A stretch of DNA of 64,000 nucleotides from the NCBI GenBank assembly GCA_963849325.1, contig CAWKHF010000009.1:256001-320000 (forward strand). The letters are read 5' to 3'. This stretch comes from an uncultured Planctomycetota bacterium. GTDB taxonomy: Bacteria; Planctomycetota; Planctomycetia; Gemmatales; Gemmataceae. A model generated the notes under the pieces. It did no database searches and was not told where the DNA came from. It worked only from the letters and a program-made list of their open reading frames with translations. A program made the position numbers and the translations under genes. Within the stretch, counting starts at the first letter, position 1. The number at the start of each line of letters is the position of its first letter. Shown here piece after piece: positions 10,850 through 22,900 of this stretch.

Positions 10850-12678
10850 AGCGTCGTGACGTGATGTTGTCGGCGCTTCACCTGTTTCTCCTTCTTCAGC
10901 CGCGCCTCGAATTGCCCAGCTTCGTCGGCACTGATGAGACCGTCGCCGTCGGCGTCGAGCTTGCGGAAGTCCTCGTCCGTACCGAGGAACTCGCGCGGCG
11001 ACAGGTCGCCGTCGTGGTTGCGGTCCATCTTGGTGAACCACAGCGGAGGAGGACTTTTGCTGCCCTTGGCCTGCGCCGTCGGCCCTCCGGGGTAGGCCTG
11101 GACGGCGGTGCGAATCCGCCGGAACCCTCCCTGGCCGGTCGAGATCGTCAGGCGACGCGCGATGTCGCCGGGCGACAGGCCGACCTCGCTTTTGGCCAGC
11201 GGCTTCATCCGCGACCAGCCCGTGCGCAGCTCGCGGATGGACAATCGACCGTCCCCATCCACGTCCAGCACGTCAAATAAGCTACGGCCCTCGTCCGTGA
11301 TGCTCAGCTGCATCTGGCAGCCGCCGCCTTGCACCTGCATGTCGAGATAAGCGGTCAGTTCCTTCTCGGTCAGTTGGCCGTCGCCGTTGCGGTCCACCAG
11401 GACGAAGAGCATATCGAGGAACTGGGCCGCCTTCGCCTTCTTGCGATCAATCACGCCCTTCTTGTCGGTGTCCGCCTGCTTGAATTGCTCCGTGTAGAAC
11501 TGCTTGATGTTGTTGAACTGGTAGTTCGTCTGCTCGCCGACCGACAGCTCGATGCGAGCATCGCCCAGGCCGAACGAGAGGCCAGAGCCGTTGTCCCGTT
11601 GCACCTTGGCGGCCAGCGGCATGGAACGCTTGCTCGGGTTGAAGACCTCGGCGCGAACCGCTTTCATTCCGCCCATCTCCTTGGAGAGGTTGCGCACCAG
11701 CGAAGCGAACAGACCCTTCGCTTGATCGAGGTTGCCGATACGGGCCATTAACTCCAGGTCGGCATCGCGCTGAAAGAAGCCGGCGAACTCCTTGGCGTCG
11801 AGCTGATCGTCGCGGTTGGCGTCCAGCCGATCGAACAGCGCCTCGTCCACGGTCAACTCGTCCCGATCCAACTTGCCGTTCTTGTTCTTGTCGTAGTGGG
11901 TCAGCACTTGCCGAGCCACGCCCTCAACCGTGCCAGGCTTGATTTCGAGGAACCCCATGTCGGCGTTTGGAGCCATCGCTCCCCTCGCCCTGGGGAGAGC
12001 GCCACCAGAAGAGTTGTTGCCGCCGGGCCGCAATTCGTTGGCCGTCAGCATCTCGTCCTCGTCGAAGTCCAGGCGCCGCAGCGCGGTCGGCGCCTTGGCC
12101 AATTCGTCGGCGGAGAGCTTGCCGTCCTTGTTGGCGTCGAGATACTTGTACAACGTGTTCGTCACCGCGTCGGTGCTGGCGCGATTGGAGCCGTTGGAGA
12201 ACTGAAGCGGGCCGAAGCCGGCGCGCTGATAGAAGCCCGTGAACTCGGCGAAGCTGACCTTGCCATCCTTGTCGGTGTCGATCTGCTGCATGCGGACGGT
12301 CTGACCATCGTAGGGGAAGCCGATCGAACCTTGCAGATGGAAGCGCAGAAATTGCATGTTTGGCGCGCGCTCGGCTTCCTTCTTGTCCAGCACGCCGTCG
12401 CCGTTCTGGTCGAAGTAGGCGAAAAACTTCTTCATGTAGTCGTCCCATGCGGTGGCATACGGCCGGCCGTCCTTGCGCAGGTGCAGACGCACGAGCACCG
12501 GCCGATCGCTGGCCGCGAAGACGAAATCGAGAGAATCGATGTCGAGATTGATCGGCGCCATCTTCGGCATGTCCTTCTTCGGCGGCGCGACCTTGGCTGT
12601 CTGCCCGTCGGCCGTCAGCGGCACCGAGGACAGAACGGCCAGCAGCGCGAGGCCGCCCAACAAACCGCGTGTCGTCAT
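10822..12678 (-). CDS. Secreted multi-EF-hand calcium-binding protein
   Basis: Signal peptide MTTRGLLGGLALLAVL; many DxNxDGxL loops (DQNGDGVLD, DTDKDGKVS, DANKDGKLS, DRNHDGDLS); ATGA overlap with the upstream gene. Confidence 0.85.
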   Translation of the reverse strand: MTTRGLLGGLALLAVLSSVPLTADGQTAKVAPPKKDMPKMAPINLDIDSLDFVFAASDRPVLVRLHLRKDGRPYATAWDDYMKKFFAYFDQNGDGVLDKKEAERAPNMQFLRFHLQGSIGFPYDGQTVRMQQIDTDKDGKVSFAEFTGFYQRAGFGPLQFSNGSNRASTDAVTNTLYKYLDANKDGKLSADELAKAPTALRRLDFDEDEMLTANELRPGGNNSSGGALPRARGAMAPNADMGFLEIKPGTVEGVARQVLTHYDKNKNGKLDRDELTVDEALFDRLDANRDDQLDAKEFAGFFQRDADLELMARIGNLDQAKGLFASLVRNLSKEMGGMKAVRAEVFNPSKRSMPLAAKVQRDNGSGLSFGLGDARIELSVGEQTNYQFNNIKQFYTEQFKQADTDKKGVIDRKKAKAAQFLDMLFVLVDRNGDGQLTEKELTAYLDMQVQGGGCQMQLSITDEGRSLFDVLDVDGDGRLSIRELRTGWSRMKPLAKSEVGLSPGDIARRLTISTGQGGFRRIRTAVQAYPGGPTAQAKGSKSPPPLWFTKMDRNHDGDLSPREFLGTDEDFRKLDADGDGLISADEAGQFEARLKKEKQVKRRQHHVTTLQVRSASGG

Positions 12679-14024
12679 GACAGCACCTCCTTGATCGGCT
12701 TGGAGCCGGCGTCGGCGATGCGGATGGGCCGGCCGACGTTGGACATGTTCTGCTTGGTCGGATCGACGCCGACGGCACTGGCCACGGTGGCCAGGAAGCT
12801 CGGCACGCTGACCGGCTTGTCCTTGACGGTCACGCCGTCGGGGCTGGTTTGGCCGTAGACGGCACCGCCCTTGATGCCGCCGCCGCTGAGGACCGTGCTC
12901 CAGGCATTGGGGAAGTGATCGCGGCCCTGCTGCGGATTGATCTGCGGCGTTCGTCCAAACTCGCCCATCCACACGACCAGCGTGGTGTCGAGCAGACCGC
13001 GCTCGTCGAGGTCTTCGAGCAGCGTCGCCCAGGCCGGATCGAGCACCGCGCACAGCTTCTTGACCTGGTCGAAGTTCTGCTGATGCGTGTCCCAGCCGAA
13101 CACGTTGTTGCCGGGAACATTGGTCAGCGTGATCTCGATGAACGGCACGCCGCGTTCAACGAGACGGCGCGCCAGCAGACAGCCCTGGCCGAACAGGTTA
13201 CGGCCATAACGGTCGCGCAGCTTGGGATTTTCCTCGTGCAGATCGAACGCCTTGCCGGCCGACGTGCGCATCAACCGTACCGCGCGCTCGTAGGCCGACT
13301 GATGGCTCAGGGCCGGCCCACCGGGATGGCGAGTAACGAAATCACGCTGCAAGCCGCGCAGCAGGTCGATGCGGGCGTCCATCTGCGGCGTCTTGATGTC
13401 GCCGGGCGGTTGCAGATCCTCGACCTGGAGCGCCCTGTCGTAGTCGGTCCCCTGGTTGCCGAAGCCGAACCCCTGGTTGCCGACCATCAGCGGAGCGTAC
13501 TGCGGTCCCAGGAAACCGGGCGTGTACGCCGCCGGACTGAAGAACGGCACCGGCGCGATGCTGACGAAGCCAGGCAGGGCGGCCTCGGCGCCGCCCAACT
13601 CCTTCGACAAAGTCGATCCGAGAGGGGGATATTGCACCGGACCTTGCGGCAGATAGCCGGTGCGCAGGTAGTAAGTAGCCCGGCTGTGATCGCCTTCCTT
13701 GGTGGACATCGAGCGCACCAGGGCGAGGTGCTTGCCGTGCTGGGCCAGGCGCGGCAGGTGTTCGCTGATCTTCATGCCGGGCACGCTGGTGGCGATCTCC
13801 TTGAAGGGACCGCCGTTGGCGTGGCCGGGCTTCAGATCGAAGGTGTCCGTCTGACTGGGTCCGCCGGCCATCCACAAGAGGATACAGGCGCGTTGGCGCT
13901 GGGGAGCCTGGGCCGCGGCCGTCGCCAGGTTCTCCAGCCAGCCCGACATCGATCCGCCCAGCACGCCCGCCGCCGACAAACGCAGCCATTCCCGCCGCGT
14001 CAACTGCAACGAAGAACGAGACAT
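12675..14024 (-). CDS. DUF1501 domain protein (Tat signal)
   Basis: TRREWL; LWMAGGPSQTDTFD; LLARRLVERGV; GWDTH; GEFGRTP; GRDH. Confidence 0.92.
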   Translation of the reverse strand: MSRSSLQLTRREWLRLSAAGVLGGSMSGWLENLATAAAQAPQRQRACILLWMAGGPSQTDTFDLKPGHANGGPFKEIATSVPGMKISEHLPRLAQHGKHLALVRSMSTKEGDHSRATYYLRTGYLPQGPVQYPPLGSTLSKELGGAEAALPGFVSIAPVPFFSPAAYTPGFLGPQYAPLMVGNQGFGFGNQGTDYDRALQVEDLQPPGDIKTPQMDARIDLLRGLQRDFVTRHPGGPALSHQSAYERAVRLMRTSAGKAFDLHEENPKLRDRYGRNLFGQGCLLARRLVERGVPFIEITLTNVPGNNVFGWDTHQQNFDQVKKLCAVLDPAWATLLEDLDERGLLDTTLVVWMGEFGRTPQINPQQGRDHFPNAWSTVLSGGGIKGGAVYGQTSPDGVTVKDKPVSVPSFLATVASAVGVDPTKQNMSNVGRPIRIADAGSKPIKEVLS

Positions 14025-14045
14025 GGATGAGAACTCCTTGCGTTT

Positions 14046-14143
14046 GGCGAGCGGGGGGCGTCAGCCCCCTGTTGCTTCGGAACAGGGGGCTAACGCCAGC
14101 CCCCTGTTGCTTCGGAACAGGGGGCTAACGCCCCCCGCTCGCC
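14046..14143. repeat. REP-like nested palindrome with internal duplication (related copy at 24817-24883)
   Basis: GGCGAGCGGGGGGCGTCAGCCCCCTGTT...AACAGGGGGCTAACGCCCCCCGCTCGCC; the inner hairpin CAGCCCCCTGTTGCTTCGGAACAGGGGGCTAACGC occurs twice. Confidence 0.85.
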
Positions 14144-14148
14144 CAGGG

Positions 14149-15747
14149 TCAATGATTGAGGAAAAATTCCGTACTGTTGAGCAGCGCCCACAACACGTCG
14201 CCCAGCGCCGCCTTGGGGTCTTTGGCCGCGCCGCCCTTCTCGACGTAACGACGATAGGATTCGGCCTCGTCCGGCCGCGGCTTGCGCAACAGCGTCGCCA
14301 AAAAAAGCGTCTCGACACGGCCATCCGTGTCCAGGAACGGCGCGTGGGCCACCGCCGTCAGAAATTCGCTGCGCTGGGGGTGCGTGGCCTGGGTGACGAG
14401 ATTGCTGTTCATCAGGGCCAACGCCTGCGGGATCGACGTTTGGTACTCGGTGCGTTTCTCCTGACTGGTGAACTTGGACTCGAACGACATCGTGGACGAG
14501 TTGAAATTGAAGCGGCGCTGATTGCCGTTGGGGTTGGGGGTGCCGGTCGCCAGGAGGAAGCTCTCGAACAGCTGGTCCTGCGACAGTCCCTTGACCGGCA
14601 TGCGCGCGAACAGGTGGATGTCCGGCTGGCTCGGCCCCGGATGGCTGCTGGCGAGCTGATACGTCTTGCTGAGCGCGATGGCTCGGATGACGAAACGATA
14701 ATCGAAGCCGTGGCTGGCGAATTGGCGGGCCAGTTCGTCGAGCAACTCGGGATGGCTCGGCTTGTTCTCGTCGCTGAAATCGTCCACCGGATCGACGATG
14801 CCGACGCCGAAGAAGTGGGCCCACAGGCGGTTGACGGCGGCGCGAGCGAAGAAAGGATTGTCCGCGGCGGTCATCCAGTCGCCTAGGGTGTTGCGGGCGC
14901 TGACCTTGTAGCGCCACTGCGGCTCCTTGCCGTCGAGGAAGCGGGCCTGGGCGACGCGCTCGGTGCCGGGGATGGCCAGCTCGCGGCGGTCGGCCTTCTC
15001 GTTCAGCGGCGAGTACATGTTGCCGGGAAACTGGGCGCGGATGCCGCCGAAGAAGGCGGCCTGGCCCCAGAACTGCTCGCGCGTCCAGCGGCCGAAGGGG
15101 TGATTGTGGCACTGGGCGCACTCCAGGCGGACGCCCAGGAAAAGGCGGGCCGTGCTGGCGGCGAGGTTCTCCGGCTTGCCCTCCTTGGACAGGTAGAACG
15201 CCAGGGGCGACGGGTTGCCGGACTGGGGGCTAAAGTAGACGTTCTGCTGGTTCATCCCATTGAGCGGCATCGTGATCAGTTCGCGTACCATGCGGTCGTA
15301 GGAGGTGTTGTCGGCGAACTGTTTGCGCAGCCAGCGTTCGATGTTGGCGCTGAGGTTGCGCTGCTGGAAGTCGGCGTTGGCCTCCGGCAAGAGCAGGTCG
15401 CGCCAGACGTTGCTGAAATTGGTGACGTAGCCGGGGCTGTCGAGCAGACGTTCGATGACGCCGGCGCGCTTGTCGGAGTTCGGATCACGGAGGAACTGCC
15501 GCGCCTCGGCCACCGAGGGAATGCGGCCAATCACGTCCAGCGATAGCCGGCGTAGAAAGGCGCCGTCGTCGGCCAGCGGCGCCGGCGTCACCTTTTCGGC
15601 CGACCAGCGCGCGGCGACGAACTGATCGATGCGAGCGGCGAGCGTGCGAGCGTCGTCTGTTGGGGCGGGATCGGCCCAGGCTGGCGCGGCCAAACAGCCG
15701 GCCATCAATGCCGCGATCCAGAATCGAGCATGATTCATAACAGGCAC
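14149..15747 (-). CDS. DUF1549/DUF1553 (PSD1/PSCyt-associated) domain protein
   Basis: FLRRLSLDVIGRIP; CAQCHNHPF; NPFFARAAVNRLW; PSHPELLD; WALLNSTEF. Confidence 0.92.
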   Translation of the reverse strand: MPVMNHARFWIAALMAGCLAAPAWADPAPTDDARTLAARIDQFVAARWSAEKVTPAPLADDGAFLRRLSLDVIGRIPSVAEARQFLRDPNSDKRAGVIERLLDSPGYVTNFSNVWRDLLLPEANADFQQRNLSANIERWLRKQFADNTSYDRMVRELITMPLNGMNQQNVYFSPQSGNPSPLAFYLSKEGKPENLAASTARLFLGVRLECAQCHNHPFGRWTREQFWGQAAFFGGIRAQFPGNMYSPLNEKADRRELAIPGTERVAQARFLDGKEPQWRYKVSARNTLGDWMTAADNPFFARAAVNRLWAHFFGVGIVDPVDDFSDENKPSHPELLDELARQFASHGFDYRFVIRAIALSKTYQLASSHPGPSQPDIHLFARMPVKGLSQDQLFESFLLATGTPNPNGNQRRFNFNSSTMSFESKFTSQEKRTEYQTSIPQALALMNSNLVTQATHPQRSEFLTAVAHAPFLDTDGRVETLFLATLLRKPRPDEAESYRRYVEKGGAAKDPKAALGDVLWALLNSTEFFLNH

Positions 15748-15829
15748 CTCCGCGATGAAGTCGAAAACCGTTCGTCGTGAAGCTGTTCGCAGTCGGACGC
15801 CTCGGCAGCGCCAGGCCGCGAGCGGCCGC

Positions 15830-18773
15830 CTACCTCTCCGCCCGTTTCTCCGATGATCGAGGCAATTCCCACAACGTCACCGCCCCGTCGTTGGCGATGG
15901 TCGCCAGCGTCTTTCCATCTTCTGCGAACGCCGCCCCGCGGATCGATCCACGGCCGCGTCCGCTGCCGCGTTCCTGCCAGACAAGGGATTCCCACAGGCG
16001 CAACTCCCCATCGGCCAATCCCAGGACGAACTGCTTGCCGTCGCGGTGGAACGCCGCCGCGAGAATGCCCCTCGACCCTGGCCCCACGTTCTTGCGAAAC
16101 ATCTCGGTCCCCGTGGCGGGATCCCAGGATTGCACCACGGAGGAACCTCGGCCGGTGAGGATCAGCGTCTTGCCATCCGGGGCGAAGACGAGCGCTCCTA
16201 CCCTCCACAGCTGCGTCTTGAGCCGCGCTCGCGCCGTACGCGATGTCACGTCCCACAGCCGAACGTCGGACCCCTTTTCCGCCGTGCCGTCGCCATACGT
16301 CACCAGCGTTTTGCCGTCCGGCGAAAACGCCATGCCGTCGATGGGCTGGGCCTGCGCGGGCAGGGTCGCCTTCACGGTCGCCGTGGCTGCGTCCCACAGT
16401 TTCACCGTCTGGTCCTCATCGGCCACGGCCAGCGTCTTGCCGTCCGGCGCGAACGCCAGGGCGCGGATGCGGGAACCCTGTTCCTTGAACACGCCGCGCA
16501 CGGCACCGTTGGCGCTGTCCCACAAACGCACCGCGCGATCGTCTCCGCCCGTGGCTAACATCCTACCATCCGCGGAGAAAACCGCACAGCGAATTCCCTC
16601 TCCGTGCGTGTCGGCGACTTCCCAGCCGGATGGGGCCGGTCCAGTCCGCGAAGGTTTGACGAACACCGGACGCACGCGGAGCTTCCGGTCCTGTCCCGCC
16701 GTCGCCGCGAAGCGCGCGTCCGGCGATAGGACGGCAACAATGGCTCCGCCGGCCGGGCCGGGCGAGGTACGGCGGAGCAGAAGAGGAGCAAAGGCGGCGT
16801 CCCAGCGTTTGACGCTCCGATCCATGCCGCCGCTGAACAGCGCTTGCCCATCGGGCGCGAAGGCGATGCCGGTCAGGACATCGGTATGGCCGGGCAGCGA
16901 GGCTCGTTCGGCGCCAGTGCGCGGATCGTGCAGCGACAGGCTGCCGCCGGCGACGGCCAGCGTTCGGCCCTTCGGCGAGAACGCCAGCGCCCGCACCGGC
17001 CCGTTGATCCTCTGACCTCGCCCGGTGAGCGAATTCACTTTCTGTTCGGCGATTGATTTACCCGTCGGCAATTCCCACAGGCGTAGCGAACCGTCCTCGC
17101 CGCCGCTGGCCAACGTCTTGCCGTCCGGCGCAATCGCCAGTGCCCGCACCGCGTCCTCGTGACCCTTGAGGGTCTCGCGCGGCTCGCGCTGGGCCACGTC
17201 CCACAGTTTGACGCTCCGATCACTACTGCCGGAGGCCAGCGTCCGGCCGTCCGGCGTGAAGGCCAGAACGCGCACCGCCGCTCGATGACCCTTCAAGACA
17301 GCCAGCGATTTCCCCCCAGCGATGTCCCACAAGTGGATCGTCTTGTCGTAGCCGCCCGAGGCCAGCGTCCGGCCGTCCGGCGCGAAAGCGAGGGCGAAGA
17401 CGGTGCTACTGTGTCCCCGCAGGGTTTGGCGCTCCTTGCCGGTAGCCACGTCCCACAACTTGATGGTCTGGTCCCAGCTGGCCGTCGCCAAGGTCTTGCC
17501 GTCGGGACTGAAGGCCAGGCCGTCAACGGCGTCCTCATGGCCTTCGAGGACGGCGCGGCACGTCGCCCGTCCGCGGGTCCAGCAGCCGCACCGCACGGTC
17601 CTCGCCGGCGAGGGCCAGCGTCTTGCCGTTGGGCGACAGCGCGATGGCGAGCACCGGGCCGATCTCGGGAACTTGCGGATCGCGGAACGTCGCTCGTTCC
17701 TTGCGGCCGGCCACGTCCCAGAGCCGGATGGTCTGGTCCCAGCCGGCCGACACCAGTAGGCCGCCGTCGCGCGCGAAGGCTAGGGTGAAGACGCGATCGG
17801 TGTGGCCTTCTAGCGAGCCGATCTCCTGGTGCGTGGCCACGTCCCACAGTTTGATGTCGCCGCCGTTGGGCGAGCCGGTCGGCGCCGGGTCGCTCCAGCG
17901 GCCGGTGCCCACCGCCAGCGTCTTGCCGTCCGCCGCGAACGCCAGCGATAACACCTGAAAAGCGTGTCCTTCGAGCGTGGCCTTCTCCTTGCCGGTGGCC
18001 GTGTCCCACAGCTTGACCGTCTTGTCCCAGCTGCCGGTGGCCAACGTCTTGCCGTCCGGCGACGCCGCCACGCATTCGATGGGTTTCTCATGGGCTTGGA
18101 GCGTGAAGCGTAGCTTGCCGGTCGAAACGTCCCAGACGCGGCCGGTGCCTCCGCGGCCCGTGCCGTCGCCTCCGCCGGATAGCAGAGTATGGTTGTCCGC
18201 GAAGGCCACGCTGTGGACGCTGCCGGTATGGCCGCGCAGAGTGGCCTTGAGCTGTCCGGTGGCCGGATTCCACAGCCTGACGGTTTGATCGAGTCCGGCC
18301 GTGGCCAACGTGCGGCCGTCGGGCGCGAAGGCGACACAGTTGATGCCACCGCCCTGATGTCCACGGAGGACGCGGAGGACGCGGCCGGTGGCGGCGTCGC
18401 GTATCTTGGCCGTTCGGTCGGACTTTTCCGCCGTGGCCAGTGTTCGGCCGTCGGGGGCGAAGACGACACTGCGTATCCCGAAGGGCTGACGGAGGCGCAC
18501 GCGCACCTTGCCGCTAGGCAGGTCATGCAAGGTCAGCATTCCGCGGTTGTCGTTCATGCCGCTGACCACGGCCAACGTCTTGCCGTCGGGCGAGAGGGCC
18601 AGCGACCAAATTTTGCCGGCCGGCGCCGTTAGCTCAATCGGGTTCGGCCCGAACTGCAATGGATCTCCCGGTTCGCCGGCGGCTGGCCGCTCCGCGACCG
18701 TCAGGCCCGCTGCCAGCAGGAGCGCCGGGAGGGCCAAGAATCGATTCGGGATGACGCGCCTGTTGCCTTTCAT
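15830..18773 (-). CDS. Secreted WD40-repeat protein, frameshift near 17550
   Basis: Signal peptide followed by many GH...LAFSPDGKTLA...LWD repeats across ORFs 17535-18848 and 15830-17596. Confidence 0.88.
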
Positions 18774-18887
18774 TGGAGCAACTTCCTGCTCTTCTAGGGT
18801 GGGTGCGGGATGAGGTCCACTATGCCCCACCAGCGCTGTTCCCGTCAAGGTTTTCGAGGGTGCGTGCAGGGTTTGTGGTGTTGTCTT

Positions 18888-19043
18888 TTTCGTTAGCCCA
18901 GCCCTTCAGGGCTGGGGATAGTCGGGCAACGAGGGAGAATTGGGCCTTCAGACCCTCCGCTGCGCTTCCACTGGAGGGGCTAAAGCCCCGAAGGTGTCTC
19001 ATCCCGTCCCCCTTCCCAGCCCTGAAGGGCTGGGCTAACGAAA
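18888..19043. mobile_element. MITE/REP-like element with 29-bp terminal inverted repeats
   Basis: TTTCGTTAGCCCAGCCCTTCAGGGCTGGG ... CCCAGCCCTGAAGGGCTGGGCTAACGAAA. Confidence 0.65.
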
Positions 19044-19096
19044 CAAATCCCCTACTCCCCCAACCGGCGCACGCACCCGGTATTCGACCAACTGGC

Positions 19097-19921
19097 TTAC
19101 TTGTTAAGATTACTCTTGAACTCTTCCAAGGTTCCTTTCTCATAGCTATCGCGAACTCGCTCAGCTTCTCCGCGAGGGTACGCGGCAGGAAATCCACTAC
19201 CCGGCTCAGCGAGAGACGGTCGTTTCGTCTTGCGCAAATTCACCATCTCGGCTTCGATCTTCTTCCGTGCCTTAACCTTCTCTTGGTCCGAAAGAATTGT
19301 AACGCGTACCTTCGGGAGTTTACGGAGGGCAATCTCACACGCTTCGATTTGCAACTGGTAGAAAGACTTGTCTTTTCTTTCCTCGCGCCAGAACGATAGA
19401 TCGTTGATGCCCAATTGAATGGGGCAACCATGTGGCGGCAAGGAAGGTAGGTGCTGTGAAAACACGTGACACAACGTGCCGTAAGCAAGTCCGTGACATA
19501 TGCGTCCGACGGAGACGATATAGGCATCTGAGGTGTTTCCACTGTAGAGAGTAATACAGTAACGCCGATCGTTTGCCTTTTGCACCAATGCTTCCCACAA
19601 TTCGACGCTCTCGTCCTGATACAGGTTAGAAAGCGCCTCGTAGACGCGCTCCTCCTCATTCCAGTCGTAGTCTTTAGGGAATAGAGGAAGCTCACTCGGA
19701 AAGCGGCTGCGACGTTTCACTATCTTTGGCGGCTTATTGCGATTGGCAATCGCATCTACCAATTTGGCCGCCTCCTTCGCGTCGCGTTTCGCCGCCTGCC
19801 CATTAGCAGGAGCTTTCCCTCCTTGTCTTGCATCGCCCTCGGCAAAGACAACCGCGCCGATCAGACTTAGACTGCTGATCGCCAGGCCGCAACGCATCCA
19901 CAGATGGCAAATTACTCTCAT
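19097..19921 (-). CDS. Hypothetical exported protein, visibly lower GC than neighbours
   Basis: 274-aa ORF with a hydrophobic N-terminus and AAGGGGG upstream; no recognised family. Confidence 0.7.
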   Translation of the reverse strand: MRVICHLWMRCGLAISSLSLIGAVVFAEGDARQGGKAPANGQAAKRDAKEAAKLVDAIANRNKPPKIVKRRSRFPSELPLFPKDYDWNEEERVYEALSNLYQDESVELWEALVQKANDRRYCITLYSGNTSDAYIVSVGRICHGLAYGTLCHVFSQHLPSLPPHGCPIQLGINDLSFWREERKDKSFYQLQIEACEIALRKLPKVRVTILSDQEKVKARKKIEAEMVNLRKTKRPSLAEPGSGFPAAYPRGEAERVRDSYEKGTLEEFKSNLNK

Positions 19922-19963
19922 AAGACGACCCCCCTTAAGTTCTTACCACCGTGGACTGTTAAT

Positions 19964-22900
19964 CTACCTGTCTTTCCGCGCCACCGCCCGCGCCGCCTTC
20001 AGATCCCACAACATTGCCGTGCCATCCATGCTCGCCGTGGCGAGAGTGCGGCCGTCCGAGGAAAAGGCGACGGATACGACGAGGGCACGGTGGGCCTGGC
20101 CGAAGGCGATCTCCTTCCAGGTCGTCGTGTCCCACAGTTGCACGCTGCCGTCGCCGCGGCGGGCGCCGCCACCGTGGCCGGTCGCCAACAGTTTGCCGTC
20201 GGGCGAAAACGCCAGATGACGCACCGAGGCCGATTCCTGGATCGTCGTCACCCGCTTGCCGTCGGCCACGCTCCAGACGTGGACCGAGGGAGACGTAGGC
20301 GAGGCCGAGGCCAGCAGTTTGCCATCGGGCGAAAAGGCCACGCTCAGGGCCGACACGTTGGCGCCAGCGAATGGCGTGCGCTCGACATTCGCGCTCAGGT
20401 CCCACAGCTTGATGCCGCCAGGCAGACGAGCGTTGCGATCGTCGCTGGCGCACATGGCCAGCAGTTTGCCGTCGGACGAGAAGGCCACGCCCGCCGCACC
20501 GACCTCGAAGCGTGCCAGCACCGCCTTTTCCTTGCCGGCGGCCACGTCCCACAGGCGCACCGTCTTGTCGGTGCTTGCCGAGGCCAGCGTCTTGCCGTCC
20601 GGCGCGAAGGCCAGGCAGCGCACCATGTCCTCGTGTCCGTTCAAGAGGGCGACTTCCTTGCCGCCGGCCAGATCCCACAATCGGATCGTCTTGTCGGAGC
20701 TGCCCGTGGCGAGAACCTTGCCGTCGGGCGAGACAGCGGCGCAGGCGACGATACGGGTGTGGCCCTTGAGCGTAAGGATGCGGCGGTTGCGCCAGGCGGT
20801 CAGGTCCCAGAGGTTGACGTCGCTGGGCAGTCCGGTCGTGCCGCCGCTGGCGGCCACGGTGCGGCTATCGGGAGAGAAAGCCACCGCCTCGACCCAGTAG
20901 CGCGGAGCCGGCAGATCCGCCAGCAGCGCGCCGAAGCGACGTCCCATACCTTGACCTCGCCGTACCGCGCTTGCACTTGCCAGGAAAGTCCGCCACCGCT
21001 GACGAGCTTCTTGCCATCGGCGGAGAAGGCCAGCGACAGAACTTTGGTTCGTATCCCTTGCAGTCGCCGAGTCTCCTTGCGAGCGGCCACGTCCCACAGC
21101 TGCACGCCGCCGGGCCGATCGTCCGAGGCGGCCACGGGGTTGTCGTCGGGCCCGGTATAGGGGTTGTAACAGACGGCGAGGGTCTTGCCATCCGGCGCGA
21201 AAGCGACGGCGTTGATCGCCGCCTCCGGCGTGTGCAGCACGTCCACTTGCTTGCCGCTCGCCGGGTCCCACAGACGGACCTCGCCATCGAAGCCGCCGCT
21301 GGCCAGCAGCTTGCCGTCGGGCGCGAAGGCGACCGAGCGCACCGCCTTCGTGTGCCCCTCCAGGCGCAGACGCTCCTTGCCCGTGGTCGCGTCCCACAGG
21401 CGCAGCGTCTGGTCCCAACTGACCGAGGCCAGCGTCTTGCCGTCGGGGGACCAGGCGACGCCGAAGGCGGCGCCCGTGTGCCCCTGGCACGAAACCACCT
21501 CGGCGCCCGTCGCCACTTCCCAGACCTTGACCTCGCCGGGTTCGCCCTTGGTCTGCCAACCGCCGGCGGCCGAGGCCAGTTTCTTGCCGTCCGCCGAGAA
21601 GGCCAGGCTCCAGACCCAGTTGGCATGGCCGCGAAGCGTGGATAACGGTTTGCCGGTGGCGCGTTTCGAATAGCTTAATGCTGTGATCGCCGCTGCCGAC
21701 GGCCAGAATCTTGCCGCCCGGCGAGAAGGCGAGAGCGTAAGCGAAGCCGGTCGGCGTCTGCAAAACCACGTCCGTGCCCACTTGGCTCCGCGGCTGGATT
21801 TTCACCGTGCCGTCGGCGCCGGCTGTGATGAGACCCTTGCCGTCGGCCATGAGGAGGGCGACCCAGGTTTGATTGCCATGCGCGCGGACGACTGCGACTG
21901 GCCGCAGCGGCGGGCGAGCGGCCGGCCAGTGCTTGATGGTCTTGTCCGCGCTGCCGGTAAACAGCGAACGCCCATCCGGAGTGAAACACAAGCAGGTGAC
22001 GGCATCATTGTGGCCGCGCAACAGGGTCCGCTGGCGGCCGCTGACCGGGTCGAGGATGCGTATCGTCAGATCCTGGCCGGCGCAGGCGAGCATGGCGCCG
22101 CGCGGCGAGTAGGCCAGGGTCAGCACCAGGTCGCCCATCTGAAACGAGGCGATTTGCTTCCCTGAGACCGGATCCCACAGGCGCACCTTGTCGCCCTTGG
22201 GCGGCGGCGCCCCGGCTGGCTGGGCCGCCGTCACGTCCCACAGGCGCACCATGTTGTCCTCGCCGCCGCTGGCCAGCGCCCGGCCATCCGGCGCGAACGC
22301 CACGCAGCGGACGGCGCCGTCGTGGCCCTTGAGCGTCGCCATCAGCTCGCGCGTCGCCACGTCCCACAATTTGATCGTGCGGTCGCTGCTGCCGCTGGCC
22401 AGCGTCTTGCCGTCCGGACTGAAAGCCACGCCGCGGACGCCACCGCGGTGGCCCTTGAGCACGGCCAACGACCGGCCGGTCGCCACGTCCCACAGGCGAA
22501 CCGTCCGGTCGTAGCCGCCCGAGGCCAGCGTCTTGCCGTCGGGGCTGAAGGCGACGCTGAAGACCCAGTTCGTATGAGACTTCAAGGTGAAACGCTCCGC
22601 GCCCGTGGCCACGTCCCACAATTTGAGGGTGTGGTCAAAGCAGGCGGAGGCCAGCGTTTTGCCGTCCGGGGAGAACGCCACCCGGCCCACCACGTCGGTG
22701 TGCCCCCCCAGCAATCGGAGGAGCCGACCGCTGGCCGCGTCGAGCAGTTGAACGGTCTTCTCCTCGCCGCTGACGGCCAGCGTCCGGCCGTCCGGTGAGC
22801 AGGCGATTGACAGCAGCGGGAAAGAGTTCTCTGGCCGCCCCTCGCCGCCGACGGGCAGCGTTCGCGGTCGCGCTTCCATTGTCAGCGGTTCGTCGTCGCC

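Noticed and set aside
15830-22800. Regularly recurring DNA motifs (GCCAGCGTCTTGCCGTC, ACGTCCCACA) resembling a CRISPR array
   Set aside because: They are the coding signature of WD40 repeats (DGKTLA, LWDV), vary at synonymous positions, and no cas genes are present.
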